Source: an uncultured Acidobacteriota bacterium
Lineage (GTDB): Bacteria > Acidobacteriota > Vicinamibacteria > Vicinamibacterales > SCN-69-37
DNA: 64,000 nucleotides
Assembly: GCA_963752045.1 (NCBI GenBank)
Contig: CAVVWN010000007.1
Location: forward strand, 157,961 to 221,960
Direction of reading: 5' to 3'
Both the position numbers and the translations under genes were made by a program. Below, one piece after another: positions 17,292 through 26,902 of the stretch (position 1 is its first letter; each line of letters begins with the position of its first letter). Below the pieces are notes generated by a model. That model worked only from the letters and a program-made list of their open reading frames with translations. It was not told the origin of the DNA and made no database searches.

Positions 17292-19595
17292 ATGGCTCAC
17301 GACAGAGGCCCGCGCAACGCCCCGCTCCTCGTCGGGATGCTCATCCTCGTCGTCTCGGGCGTTGCGACGTGGTTCCGGTCGGCGCCGCCCGATCCGCTGC
17401 CGACCGATGCGCCGGTGGGCGCCTTCTCGGCCGGGCGCGCCATGGTCGTCCTCGAACGGCTCGTCGGCGACGGCGAGCCCCACCCCATCGGCACCGACGC
17501 GAATGCCCGCGTGCGCGCGCGCCTCGTGGAGGCATTCGCCAGGCTGGGCTACGTGACGGACGTGCAGGAGACCTTCGCCTGCTCCGGCACGGATCGGGCG
17601 TGCGGCCTGGTGCAGAACGTCATCGCGAGGCAGCCCGGACCGCCGAGCGGCCCCGTCGTGCTCCTCGTCAGCCACTACGACTCGGTGGCCGCGGGCCCTG
17701 GCGCATCGGATGCCGGCGTGTCGGTGGCGGCCATCCTCGAGGCCGCCCGCGCGCTCGCCACCGATTCGGACCGGCGCAACGCCGTCGCCTTTCTCGTCAC
17801 AGACGGCGAAGAAGCCGGATTGCTCGGTGCGTCTGGCTTCGTCGCCGGCCATCCGCTCTTCCGCGAGGTTGGCGCCGTGGTCAACCTCGAAGCTCGCGGC
17901 ACGTCCGGCCCGAGCGTGATGTTCGAGACGAGCAGCGACAACGCCTGGCTCATCGCTCTGCTGTCGCGGTCGCTTCGGCGGCCGATGGCCAGCTCGCTCT
18001 TCTATCCCATCTACGAGCGGCTCCCGAACGACACGGACCTCACCGTGTTCAAGGAGGCCGGTGTGCCCGGCCTGAACTTCGCCTTCATCGGCGATGTCGC
18101 CCGCTACCACTCCCCGCAAGACGACGTGGCGCACGCGAGCCCGGCGAGCCTGCAGCATCAGGGCGAAAACGCTCTGGCCATCGTGCGTGCGCTGGCGGAG
18201 GCGGATTTCGAATCTCGCTCACCCGGCAACGCCGTGTTCTTCGACGTACTCGGGTTTGGCATCGTCGCCTGGCCGATCACGTTCACGGTGCCGCTCGCGG
18301 TGGCCGCATTTCTGATGGTGACCGTCGCCACGCTCGTGGGCTGGCGGTTCACCGAGTCGACGATGGCCGGCACGGCCGTCGGCCTCGTGAGCTGGATTCT
18401 CGCCCTTGGCGCGGCGGCGCTCGGCACCTGGCGCCTGATGGCCTGGCTCGACGCGAGCCGCGTCTGGCCCGGCGGCGCCACGACACGACCCGAAGCCTGG
18501 GTGCTCGCGTTCTGGCTCGTCGGACTCGCGTGCGCGGCCTCGGTGACGGCCCTGCTGGGCCGATGGAGCAAGGCGCCAGGAGCATGGTCAGGCTGCTGGC
18601 TTGGCTCGTCGGCCGCGGCGATCGCCGCGGCCCTGTACTTCCCGGAGGCGAGCTATGTGCTCGTCGCTCCTGCACTCCTGGCCGGCGTCTCCGGCGTGAT
18701 CGCCGTCAGCCTGGGCGGCAGGGCGCCGGGCGCGTTCGCCAGCGTGCTGCCGCTTGCGGTGGCCTCCGCGCTGCTGATGCCTCCCGCCTGGATGCTGTTC
18801 GACGCGCTCGGCCCGCCAGCGCTGCCTGTTGCCGGTTCGGCCATCGCGTTCGCGTCGGCCATGCTGGCCCCGGCAATGGCCGGCGCCGGGCGCTCCCGCT
18901 GGCTCGTACCGGTGTCGGCCCTGGCCGCCGCCGCAGTGCTTTCGGCGTGGGCGGTCCGAGCGCCTTCCTTCTCGCCCGAGCTTCCCGAACGCATGAGCAT
19001 CACTTTCTTCCAGCTGGCCGGCGAGGCGAAGGCTCGCTGGCTGGTGTCGCCGCAGTCGGGCACGCTCCCCGAGCCACTGCGTGCGGCGGCCCCGTTCGGC
19101 GCCGAGATGGGCGCCGGCTTCCCGTGGTCGCGGAATGGAACGGCGTTCTTCGCCGAGGTCGACCTCACGACCATGCGAGAGCCCGTCGTGGACGTCCTCT
19201 CGCGCCGCACGGAAGGCGCACGAACGACGGTGACGCTGCGCGCGCTCTCTCCCCGAAAGGCGCCGACGCTGGCCCTGCTCGTCCCGTCGAATCGGGTGGT
19301 GTCGGCGCGCGTGAACAACACGGAGATTCCCGAACGCCAGGCCGACCTGGAGGTTCGCCCTTCGCAGCGTGAGGCGGGCGCGTCGCTTCGCCGCTATGCG
19401 TGTTTCACGCTGCCGGCCGGCGGCGTCGAGATCGAGCTCGTCGTCGAGGGCGACGACCCGGTCGAGGGCTTCGTCATCGACCAGAGTGTCGGACTGCCAC
19501 CCGGCGGCAACCGCCTGGTATCAGCGCGGCCGTCGACCGCCACCGCAAGCGGCCAGGGCGACATCACGATGCTCGCGCGCCGCATTCGGTTCTAG
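17292..19595 (+). CDS. M28 family peptidase fused to a polytopic membrane domain
   Basis: ORF 17121.. trimmed to MAHDRGPRNAPLLVGMLILVV (TM anchor). It has the M28 motifs HYDSV, ASDAGVSVA and TDGEEAGLLGA, followed by multiple hydrophobic helices. Its TAG shares the CTAG tetranucleotide (19592-19595) with the stop of the convergent gene. Confidence 0.85.
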   Translation: MAHDRGPRNAPLLVGMLILVVSGVATWFRSAPPDPLPTDAPVGAFSAGRAMVVLERLVGDGEPHPIGTDANARVRARLVEAFARLGYVTDVQETFACSGTDRACGLVQNVIARQPGPPSGPVVLLVSHYDSVAAGPGASDAGVSVAAILEAARALATDSDRRNAVAFLVTDGEEAGLLGASGFVAGHPLFREVGAVVNLEARGTSGPSVMFETSSDNAWLIALLSRSLRRPMASSLFYPIYERLPNDTDLTVFKEAGVPGLNFAFIGDVARYHSPQDDVAHASPASLQHQGENALAIVRALAEADFESRSPGNAVFFDVLGFGIVAWPITFTVPLAVAAFLMVTVATLVGWRFTESTMAGTAVGLVSWILALGAAALGTWRLMAWLDASRVWPGGATTRPEAWVLAFWLVGLACAASVTALLGRWSKAPGAWSGCWLGSSAAAIAAALYFPEASYVLVAPALLAGVSGVIAVSLGGRAPGAFASVLPLAVASALLMPPAWMLFDALGPPALPVAGSAIAFASAMLAPAMAGAGRSRWLVPVSALAAAAVLSAWAVRAPSFSPELPERMSITFFQLAGEAKARWLVSPQSGTLPEPLRAAAPFGAEMGAGFPWSRNGTAFFAEVDLTTMREPVVDVLSRRTEGARTTVTLRALSPRKAPTLALLVPSNRVVSARVNNTEIPERQADLEVRPSQREAGASLRRYACFTLPAGGVEIELVVEGDDPVEGFVIDQSVGLPPGGNRLVSARPSTATASGQGDITMLARRIRF

Positions 19596-21460
19596 GGGGA
19601 GTCCCCAGGCTGGATGAGCACGTACCAGAACCGGAATCCGACGCGGTCGTCCGGGGCCAGCACCGGATAGATGCCGGCCGAAGATCCGGCCTCCACGAGC
19701 CCGTCCGACTGGAGCCTGAGCAGGTTCGACCCTGGCCTGACCAGCCGACCCGGCACGACGAGCTCGTACCGGCCGACCAGCTCCGGATTCCAGGTGAGAT
19801 CGAACGTCGCGAGCGTCTCGCCATTGACGTCCACGCGAACCCGCTGAGGTGGCAGGTCCTCACGCGGAATCGGATCCAGGCGAAGCACGAGGCCGTAGTC
19901 GTGGCGCTCGGGCAGCGGCAGGACGATCTCCACGGACTCGGCCGACGTGAACCGAGCGGTGACGTTCCCGGTCACCGAGAGCGCCCCCCAGCCCCGACGG
20001 AGGAGCCAATGGTCGCGCGGCCCCGCGACGAGAGGGGTCGGACGGTGCTCGACGAGCGCCTCGCGGGCGACGAGTGCCGGCATGCCCCACCACCAGGTGA
20101 GTCCAACCGCGGTGATGGCTGCCGCGACGGCGACCCGCCCGGCTGCGAGCCGCCACGAGGGTCGCGCGGTCCGCGCGACCCTGACGGCGCGGGCAATCGC
20201 GCCGGCACAGCCAAAGGCGGCCAGCAGGTAGAAGGCGTACGCGTGGAACGTGAACCGCCACTCCGCGCCGCCGGGAATCGACCACGTGATCATGTACGGC
20301 ACGAGCGAGCCGAGGAGCACGCCGAGCAGCAGGCGTCCGCGCGACGCGAACAGCCACAGCAGAAGGCCGGCCGCCGACAGCCACGCGAGCCCCGTGCCGA
20401 GCCCGGCCAGCCAGACGTTCAGGCCGTTCCACTTGTTCATGAACGGGACGACGAAGAGTCCCTGCAGCGCGATGTCGAGCGTCTCGACGGGCCGGGCGGC
20501 GAACTTGTCGATGATGTAGCGGCCCGAGCTCACGATCTCCGGTGCGGCGCCCTCGCGGCCGAGATAGAACTGCGTGTGGTAGTTCACGGCGTAGAACGGG
20601 TCGCCGTACACGACCGCGCAGCTCACCAGATACGGCGTCACGATCGCGGCCGCGACAAGACCGCCTGCGAGCACGAGCCTCAACCGCTCGCGAAAGACGA
20701 CCCCGTCGCGGGCAAAGAGCGTCCACAACACGGCGGGAGCCAGCATGAACGGTGCCGTCAGTCGCGTCAGGCAGGCCAGACCCGTGGCGACGCCAGCGAG
20801 GCCCGCGGCCCATGTCGTCGGTGTGCGGACCGTTCGAAGCCACAGCCAGACGGCCAGCAGGCTGAATGCCGTGAAGGTCTCCTCCCGCCAGCCTTCGATT
20901 GACCACAGAATGGCGTCGCGGTCGATGGCCAGGGCCGCGGCCGCGGCAAGGCCCGCCGGGGCCGAGACCGCTTCGCGACCCAGCAGGAACACGGCCACGA
21001 GCACAACAAGCGAAAACGTGATGGACGTCAGGCTGATGCCCACATCGCGACCGCCGGATGTGAAGAGTCCCAGGCGAACGGCCACGAGGTACACCGGTTC
21101 GCGCACGTGGGCCTGATAGAAGTGACGCATCTCACGCGCGAATCTGAGGTAGTTGTGAGGGTCGCCACCCGCGTACGGGTCGGGGTCGTACGGCCAGGCC
21201 CATCCCTCGGGCGTCACCGACGGACTGAGGCGCGTGGCGACGCCCTCGGCCGCACCGAGCCAGCGCGGTTCAGCGTGCCGCCCGAACGTGTCGGCGAGCG
21301 CGTCGAGACGCAGCAGGGCCGCAAAACCGACAATGAGCACGAGTGCGAGCCACGCCAGCACGCGCCCCGTGTTCCTGCGACCGAACGGGGTCGCTGGCGA
21401 TACCGCGGAAGATGGGGAGCCGGAGGTGCGATCCCCGGATGACACGGCGCAGTCTAGCAC
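19592..21460 (-). CDS. GT-C fold membrane glycosyltransferase-like protein (ArnT/PMT_2-like) with C-terminal extracytoplasmic domain
   Basis: It has many TM helices and a first-loop acidic/aromatic motif (GGDPHNYLRFAREM), resembling the GT39/83-like gene at 51164. GTG start at 21460 is uncertain. Confidence 0.55.
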   Translation of the reverse strand: MLDCAVSSGDRTSGSPSSAVSPATPFGRRNTGRVLAWLALVLIVGFAALLRLDALADTFGRHAEPRWLGAAEGVATRLSPSVTPEGWAWPYDPDPYAGGDPHNYLRFAREMRHFYQAHVREPVYLVAVRLGLFTSGGRDVGISLTSITFSLVVLVAVFLLGREAVSAPAGLAAAAALAIDRDAILWSIEGWREETFTAFSLLAVWLWLRTVRTPTTWAAGLAGVATGLACLTRLTAPFMLAPAVLWTLFARDGVVFRERLRLVLAGGLVAAAIVTPYLVSCAVVYGDPFYAVNYHTQFYLGREGAAPEIVSSGRYIIDKFAARPVETLDIALQGLFVVPFMNKWNGLNVWLAGLGTGLAWLSAAGLLLWLFASRGRLLLGVLLGSLVPYMITWSIPGGAEWRFTFHAYAFYLLAAFGCAGAIARAVRVARTARPSWRLAAGRVAVAAAITAVGLTWWWGMPALVAREALVEHRPTPLVAGPRDHWLLRRGWGALSVTGNVTARFTSAESVEIVLPLPERHDYGLVLRLDPIPREDLPPQRVRVDVNGETLATFDLTWNPELVGRYELVVPGRLVRPGSNLLRLQSDGLVEAGSSAGIYPVLAPDDRVGFRFWYVLIQPGDSP

Positions 21461-21583
21461 GGCGTTCCCGGCGCGCTCAGCGCGGCACGCTCAGATGCAA
21501 CTGCGGTTCGGCGATTCTAGTCGCGCCGGTGTCGCCGCGAGCGTCACGCGCTCAGCACGCGTCATCGGCTGCGGCCCTCGGGC

Positions 21584-22492
21584 TCAGTCCTTCCCTCGGC
21601 TGGCGATCTTCTTCCGGATGGCCTCGGCCGTCAGCGTGGCCCGGAACTCCACGATCTTCCGGCCGATGGCGACCGCCGCGTCCTTGTCGGCGATGGACAG
21701 GCCGTTGATCGTCGCCTTGCCGGCGGCGACACGGGCCGACCACCGGACCGATTCCGGGTCGGTGACCATCATGTTCATCGTGATCTGCGGATCGTCGTGC
21801 AGGCCGTCACTCGGCTGATCGGCCTTCGTCACGCCCGTCTCCACGAGAAACTCCGCCACGCGGGCGTAATCGTAATACTCGGGAATGTGCGCCACGACAG
21901 GCTGCGCGTTCCACTCGGCGTTGAGTTTCTCGGCGACGTTCCGCATGCCGTTGGTGTTGCCGCCCGAGTCGCCGATCAGGATGATGTTCTCGAACCCGTG
22001 CATCTTCATGCTGTGCACGACGTCGGTGAGGAGCGCCTCGAAGGTCTCCTGACGCAGGCTGATCGTGCCGACGGTTCGCATGTGCCCGGCCTTGGGCTCG
22101 ATCGTCCCTTCCGGCACGAAGGGCACGATCGGCGCGCAGAGCGCGTTGCCGAGCGTCCTCGCGATCGCGTCGCAATTGGCGCGCAGCACGTAGTTGTGCT
22201 TGCCGAGCGCGAGCCATGGTCCGTTGGGCTCGATGCCGCCCGTCGAGATGATGATGGTCTTCCTGCCGGCGGCCATCGCGTCGCGCACGTCCATCCAAGT
22301 CATCTCTTCGATCCACACCGTGTCAACGGCGGGCAGCGGGTTCGGCGTGTCGATGCAGTTGTAGGGATTGGCGCTGCACTCGCCGCCGCCGGCCGTGCGG
22401 GGATCAGGCGGCCGCTGTCCGCGGCCCTGCGCGCCCAGGTCCACTCCCATCGCGACCACGGCCAGCATCAATCCGAGTGCAACTCGTCTCAT
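21584..22492 (-). CDS. creatininase-fold family protein, secreted, with non-canonical active-site residues
   Basis: The layout TWMDVRDAM..GRKTIIISTGGIEPNGPWLALGKH...GTISLRQETFEALLTDVVHSMKMHGFENIILIGDSGGN parallels creatininase-family blocks (GSxExHGPHLPLxTD, GTISL, NGHGGN). The His/Asp/His positions read Asn/His/Ser. It has a signal peptide. Confidence 0.55.
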   Translation of the reverse strand: MRRVALGLMLAVVAMGVDLGAQGRGQRPPDPRTAGGGECSANPYNCIDTPNPLPAVDTVWIEEMTWMDVRDAMAAGRKTIIISTGGIEPNGPWLALGKHNYVLRANCDAIARTLGNALCAPIVPFVPEGTIEPKAGHMRTVGTISLRQETFEALLTDVVHSMKMHGFENIILIGDSGGNTNGMRNVAEKLNAEWNAQPVVAHIPEYYDYARVAEFLVETGVTKADQPSDGLHDDPQITMNMMVTDPESVRWSARVAAGKATINGLSIADKDAAVAIGRKIVEFRATLTAEAIRKKIASRGKD

Positions 22493-22670
22493 CGTCGTCT
22501 CCTGCCGGCCGGTCGACCGCCGGCGATCGCATTCCTGAGTGAAGCCAGACAGTAGCGCGAGGCCAGCCCCGAAGCAAGCCGCAGTTTCCAGAAACGTCGT
22601 ACGGACGTAGCGCGGCCGTTGCAGGGCATTGATATCTCTTCATGGTCCGGTTTGTGAGGTGAGCATCGCC

Positions 22671-24263
22671 ATGCGCAACGTGAAGACATTCCTGTACGTC
22701 TGGGCCGCCGTCTTCTTGGTCCTGGCGGCCGTGGGCCGACCGGTGAGCGGCCAGTCGTCGAAGAAGAGCATCATCCTGAGTCCGGTCGGCTCGTACGACA
22801 CGCCGTACTATGACGAAGGCGCCGTGGAGATTTCGGCCTACGACCAGCAGACGCGGAGAGCGTTCCTGACGTTTGCCGAACTGCCGCGGATCGAGGTCGT
22901 GGACCTCTCGGACCCGACAAGTCCGTTTCTGACGCACGTCATCGACCTCACGCCGTGGGGCGCCGACGCGCACGCTACGAGTCTGGCAGTCCACAACGGG
23001 GTGGTGGCGGCCGCGATTCCGCAGGGCCCTGAAGACACCGGGCCCGGCAAGGTCGTGTTCTTCAACGCCTACGGCACCTACATCAACGAAGTCACCGTCG
23101 GCGCGCTGCCCGACATGGTGAGGTTCACGCCGAACGGGCAGTACGTGCTCACCGCCGACGAGGGCCAGCCGCTCGACGACTATTCGTACGACCCGGAGGG
23201 CAGCGTGAGCATCATCGACATGTCCGACGGTGCCGAGGCGCTCACACAGGCGCACGTGACGGTCGCCGGCTTCGCCGCCTTCAACGCACCGGCCGTCATC
23301 GACCCGAGGATCCGCATCTTCGGGCCCGGCGCGTCCGTCGCCGAGGACCTGGAGCCCGAGTACATCGCCGTGTCGGCCGACTCGAAGACGGCGTGGGTCA
23401 CGCTGCAGGAGAACAACGCGCTCGCGGTCGTCGACCTGACGCGCAGGATGATCACCGGACTCGTGGCCCTCGGCTTCAAGAACCACGGCCTTCCCGCGAA
23501 CAAGCTCGACGCTTCCGACCGAGATGGCATCGATATCCAGGCCTGGCCCGGGCTCTTCGGCATGTACCAGCCCGACGGCATCGCAGCCCTCCAGTCCGGT
23601 GGACGGACCTTTCTCGTCACGGCCAATGAGGGCGATGTTCGCAACTACGACGGGTTCGATGAGGCTGAACGAGTCAAAGACGTGGTCCTGGACCCGACGG
23701 CGTTTCCGAACGCTGCGGTGCTGCAGGGCGACGACGCGATCGGACGGCTCAACGTCACCACCACACGCGGCGACGTGGACGATGATGGCGACTTCGACGA
23801 GCTCTACGCCTTCGGCGCCCGGTCGTTCACCGTCTGGTCGGCCGAGGGCGGCCTGATCTGGGACAGCGGCGATGCGTTCGAGCAGATCACGGCAGCCCGC
23901 TATCCGGCCAACTTCAACGCCAGCAACTCGAGCAATACGCCCGACAGCCGCAGCGATGACAAGGGGCCCGAGCCGGAAGGCATCGCCGTCGCGAAGCTCT
24001 TCGGACGCGACTACGTGTTCGTGGCCCTCGAACGGATCGGCGGCGTGATGGTCTATGACATCAGCGACCCGACGTCGCCGTCGTTCGTCCAGTACATCAA
24101 CATGCGGAACTTCAGCGAAAGCACGAACACGGCGGCCGCCGGAGACCTCGGCCCCGAGGCCTTCACCGTGATCGAGAACAGCTCGCTGGGCTCGCCGATC
24201 CTGCTCGTGTCGAACGAAGTGAGCGGCACGCTTCGCGTCTTCAGGATCGCGCAGGAGAAGTAG
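22671..24263 (+). CDS. choice-of-anchor I family protein (beta-propeller, formerly annotated alkaline phosphatase-like)
   Basis: ORF trimmed to MRNVKTFLYVWAAVFLVLAA. It has the characteristic blocks GAVEISAYD, LPDMVRFTPNGQYVLTADEGQP, DPEGSVSIID, EPEYIAVSADSKTAWVTLQENNA, TANEGD, GARSFTVW and DDKGPEPEGI. Confidence 0.8.
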   Translation: MRNVKTFLYVWAAVFLVLAAVGRPVSGQSSKKSIILSPVGSYDTPYYDEGAVEISAYDQQTRRAFLTFAELPRIEVVDLSDPTSPFLTHVIDLTPWGADAHATSLAVHNGVVAAAIPQGPEDTGPGKVVFFNAYGTYINEVTVGALPDMVRFTPNGQYVLTADEGQPLDDYSYDPEGSVSIIDMSDGAEALTQAHVTVAGFAAFNAPAVIDPRIRIFGPGASVAEDLEPEYIAVSADSKTAWVTLQENNALAVVDLTRRMITGLVALGFKNHGLPANKLDASDRDGIDIQAWPGLFGMYQPDGIAALQSGGRTFLVTANEGDVRNYDGFDEAERVKDVVLDPTAFPNAAVLQGDDAIGRLNVTTTRGDVDDDGDFDELYAFGARSFTVWSAEGGLIWDSGDAFEQITAARYPANFNASNSSNTPDSRSDDKGPEPEGIAVAKLFGRDYVFVALERIGGVMVYDISDPTSPSFVQYINMRNFSESTNTAAAGDLGPEAFTVIENSSLGSPILLVSNEVSGTLRVFRIAQEK

Positions 24264-24278
24264 CCGGACCACCAGTCA

Positions 24279-24306
24279 GGCGGCCGGCCGCGATCATCCG
24301 GCCGCC
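24279..24306. terminator. bidirectional stem-loop between convergent genes
   Basis: GGCGGCCGG (24279-24287) pairs with CCGGCCGCC (24298-24306), leaving a 10-nt loop. No clear U-tract. Confidence 0.4.
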
Positions 24307-24334
24307 GCCGCCTTCGGCCGCCGGCGGGGCAACC

Positions 24335-25174
24335 TCACGCGCCGGTCGGCGGGTCGAGCGACCGGCGACGCGATTCGAGCGCCGATCGGGCCTCTGCCGT
24401 CTCGGCCGCGCTCGCCTCCTGCTTCTGGATGTCTCGCGCGGCCTGGGTCACCTGCCGCTCCAGGAACTGCAGCCGCTCGGTGACGTGCTCGCGCTCGCGC
24501 TCGGCGCGCGCGAGCGCCTCGCGCGCGCGGGACAGATCGGCCGCCGCCCTGCGCTCGGCCGTCCGCGCCAGACGGATCTCGCGATCCAACGCGGCGGCGG
24601 CGCGCCTGCGGGCCTCTGCCGCGCGTTTGACGGCCCTGGCTGCGACCGGGACCGCAGCAAAGGTGATCTTCCGCCCGGGTACCCGCCCGGCCGGCACGAG
24701 CCCGGCGAGCGCCTCGAGGCCCATGGGTCTCAGCGGACGAGTCAGCCGGCCCGGCGGCTCGGACCCCGGCAGCGCCTGCAGCGTCTCGATCACGGCCGAC
24801 AGCGTCGCGGCCGACGTCACCTCGCCCGCCTCTCTGAGCAGGTCACGAATCTCCTGGGCCGCGGCCCGCACGGCGCCGCGGTGCTCGGCCTCGGCAGCCT
24901 CCACGTCGCCGCCCCGGCCCGACAGGCGCTTGCCATGCGCCGCCCGTAGGCGGCCGGCCGCGCCGACAAGGCGGTCCCAGCAGTCCCGGCGACGCCAGTA
25001 GAGCTGATTGACGGCCCAGGCCGGCAGCGACGGTTTCTGGAGCTTCCCGACCAATGCGCGGTCGGCACCAGGACGCTTCGCCAGGTCGTTACGCAGCGCC
25101 GTGAACTCGTCGAGCGGCGCCTGATACAGCCGATCGAGATCGTCGGGCGCGTCGGACCGCCGGCCCCCGGCCAC
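24335..25174 (-). CDS. hypothetical protein with Arg/Ala/Glu-rich coiled-coil-like C-terminus
   Basis: ORF 24335..25279 trimmed to GTG 25174, 1 nt after the upstream stop codon (25176-25178). No family recognised. Confidence 0.5.
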   Translation of the reverse strand: MAGGRRSDAPDDLDRLYQAPLDEFTALRNDLAKRPGADRALVGKLQKPSLPAWAVNQLYWRRRDCWDRLVGAAGRLRAAHGKRLSGRGGDVEAAEAEHRGAVRAAAQEIRDLLREAGEVTSAATLSAVIETLQALPGSEPPGRLTRPLRPMGLEALAGLVPAGRVPGRKITFAAVPVAARAVKRAAEARRRAAAALDREIRLARTAERRAAADLSRAREALARAEREREHVTERLQFLERQVTQAARDIQKQEASAAETAEARSALESRRRSLDPPTGA

Positions 25175-25175
25175 C

Positions 25176-26852
25176 CTACCGTCCCCGCTCCGCTCGTGCT
25201 CTCGGCTCGACACGGTCGAATCGAACCTGGCGAACGCGTCCCGTGCTCGCAGTGAAGCCGTCGATACGGAGCGCCGCATCTCTCGTGAACGTCACCTGCA
25301 GGCTCGCGGCCGAGAATCGATCCTCGGCTCGCGGCCTCATCGGGATCGCGCCGCGCTTGCGGTTCCACATCCGGAGCCGGCCGTCGGCGACCTCCACGCG
25401 GTATTCGACCGCCAGGTCGTCGCTCCAGTAGGTTCCCGTGTACTCGACGCGCGACGCGGCATCAGGGGCTGCTGGAGTCGCTTTCCGGAGCGCGCGCACG
25501 CGCCCGTCGATCACGCCCTGCAGCGACTGGCCGCCCACGAACCGAATGTCGGCCGAGCCCAGCCGGAAGCGGTCCGGCATGACCGGCACGAGCGGGCGGC
25601 CCGTCCCGCCGCCAAGAACGAGCTCACCGTCCCGAATACGCACCTCATCGAGCACATCCGTATCGTCCCGCGCGTAGAGCCCGGCCACTGCCTCGAGCTG
25701 AGCCGGCGACAGACGGAGTCCCTCCGGCGCGTCGCCGTTTGCGGCGGCCGGCTGCGGAAACTCGTCCTCGAGGACAACGTCGGCGACCTTGCGCGCACGG
25801 CCGCCGGGGTCCGCGTTGGGAAAACTGCAGAGCACGGCGATCGACGTGTCCTGATCCGGGAAGCGCAGGAATTCGCTGCGATACCCGGCATCCGCGCCGC
25901 CGTGGCCGACCGTGGGCAGGCCCCGGTGGCGCCCGTGCATGAGACCGGCCGCATAGCCGATCGTCTCGCCGCTCGTCAGCATGCCGCGGATGAGCAGGTC
26001 GTCGACGACCGTTCGACCGCCGACATGCGCGGTGACGAAGTTCCGGTCCCATCGCGCCAGGTCCTCGACCGTCGTGAAGAGGCTCGTGGCGCCGACCACG
26101 TCGAAGTCGGGAATGCTGAGCCGGTAGCCGCCGGGCGTTGGCGCGTATCCGTACGCCCGGCCCGGCACCACCATGTTGTGGTCGTCATGGAAGTGCGTAC
26201 GCGTCATGCCGAGCGGCTCGAAGATACGCCTGGTCGTGAACGCCCGCAGCGACTCGCCGCTGACCCGCTCGACGACGACGGCGAGCAGCGTGAACCCGGT
26301 GTTGCTGTACAGGTACTCCGCGCCGGGATCGAAGTTCGGCGCCCGCTGGCGGGACGTGATGTCCAGCACGTCAGCCTGCGTGATGACATCGGCTTCGAAC
26401 CGCCATCCGGCCATCGCCAGCAGATCCCACTGGTCGCGAAGACCGCTTGTATGGTTCACGAGGTGTCGAAGCGTGATCGTCTTCCCGAACTCCGGCACTT
26501 CCGGGATGTACGTCCGCACGTCGTCCTGCCACGACACCCGGCCCTCGGCGACGAGGAGTGCGACCGCCATGGCCGTGAACTGCTTGGACACCGAGGCCAC
26601 GTGGAAGACCGACGCCGGCGATATCGGCACGTCGTACTCGAGGTTCGCCGCGCCGTATCCGCGCATGACCAGAGGCTCGCCGCCTTGCATCACGCCCAGG
26701 GCACAGCCCGGTTCACCCGGGTCGATATCGGCAAACACCTGGTCGATGCGCGACGCCGCGGCCGGCGCCTGCGCCGAGAGCACGGCCAGCGCGGCCGGCG
26801 TGGCGAGCATCGCCAGGATCAGCCCGTGAGTCACTCCACGCCGACGCGGCAT
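25176..26852 (-). CDS. serine hydrolase (beta-lactamase/PBP4-like family), secreted
   Basis: It has SxxK (ASVSKQF) and YSN (YLYSNTGF) motifs and a signal peptide. GGAGG lies 8 nt upstream of ATG 26852, which is preferred over ATG 26867. Confidence 0.85.
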   Translation of the reverse strand: MPRRRGVTHGLILAMLATPAALAVLSAQAPAAASRIDQVFADIDPGEPGCALGVMQGGEPLVMRGYGAANLEYDVPISPASVFHVASVSKQFTAMAVALLVAEGRVSWQDDVRTYIPEVPEFGKTITLRHLVNHTSGLRDQWDLLAMAGWRFEADVITQADVLDITSRQRAPNFDPGAEYLYSNTGFTLLAVVVERVSGESLRAFTTRRIFEPLGMTRTHFHDDHNMVVPGRAYGYAPTPGGYRLSIPDFDVVGATSLFTTVEDLARWDRNFVTAHVGGRTVVDDLLIRGMLTSGETIGYAAGLMHGRHRGLPTVGHGGADAGYRSEFLRFPDQDTSIAVLCSFPNADPGGRARKVADVVLEDEFPQPAAANGDAPEGLRLSPAQLEAVAGLYARDDTDVLDEVRIRDGELVLGGGTGRPLVPVMPDRFRLGSADIRFVGGQSLQGVIDGRVRALRKATPAAPDAASRVEYTGTYWSDDLAVEYRVEVADGRLRMWNRKRGAIPMRPRAEDRFSAASLQVTFTRDAALRIDGFTASTGRVRQVRFDRVEPRARAERGR

Positions 26853-26876
26853 CGCATTCGCCTCCATGTGCTCCAG

Positions 26877-26902
26877 CTAACCCCGGTGGCCACCGGGGTT
26901 AG
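26877..26902 (-). terminator. perfect 26-bp palindrome at the corA stop (terminator-like)
   Basis: CTAACCCCGGTGG/CCACCGGGGTTAG, two 13-nt arms with no spacer. It overlaps the corA TAA (26899-26901). No U-tract. Confidence 0.45.
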
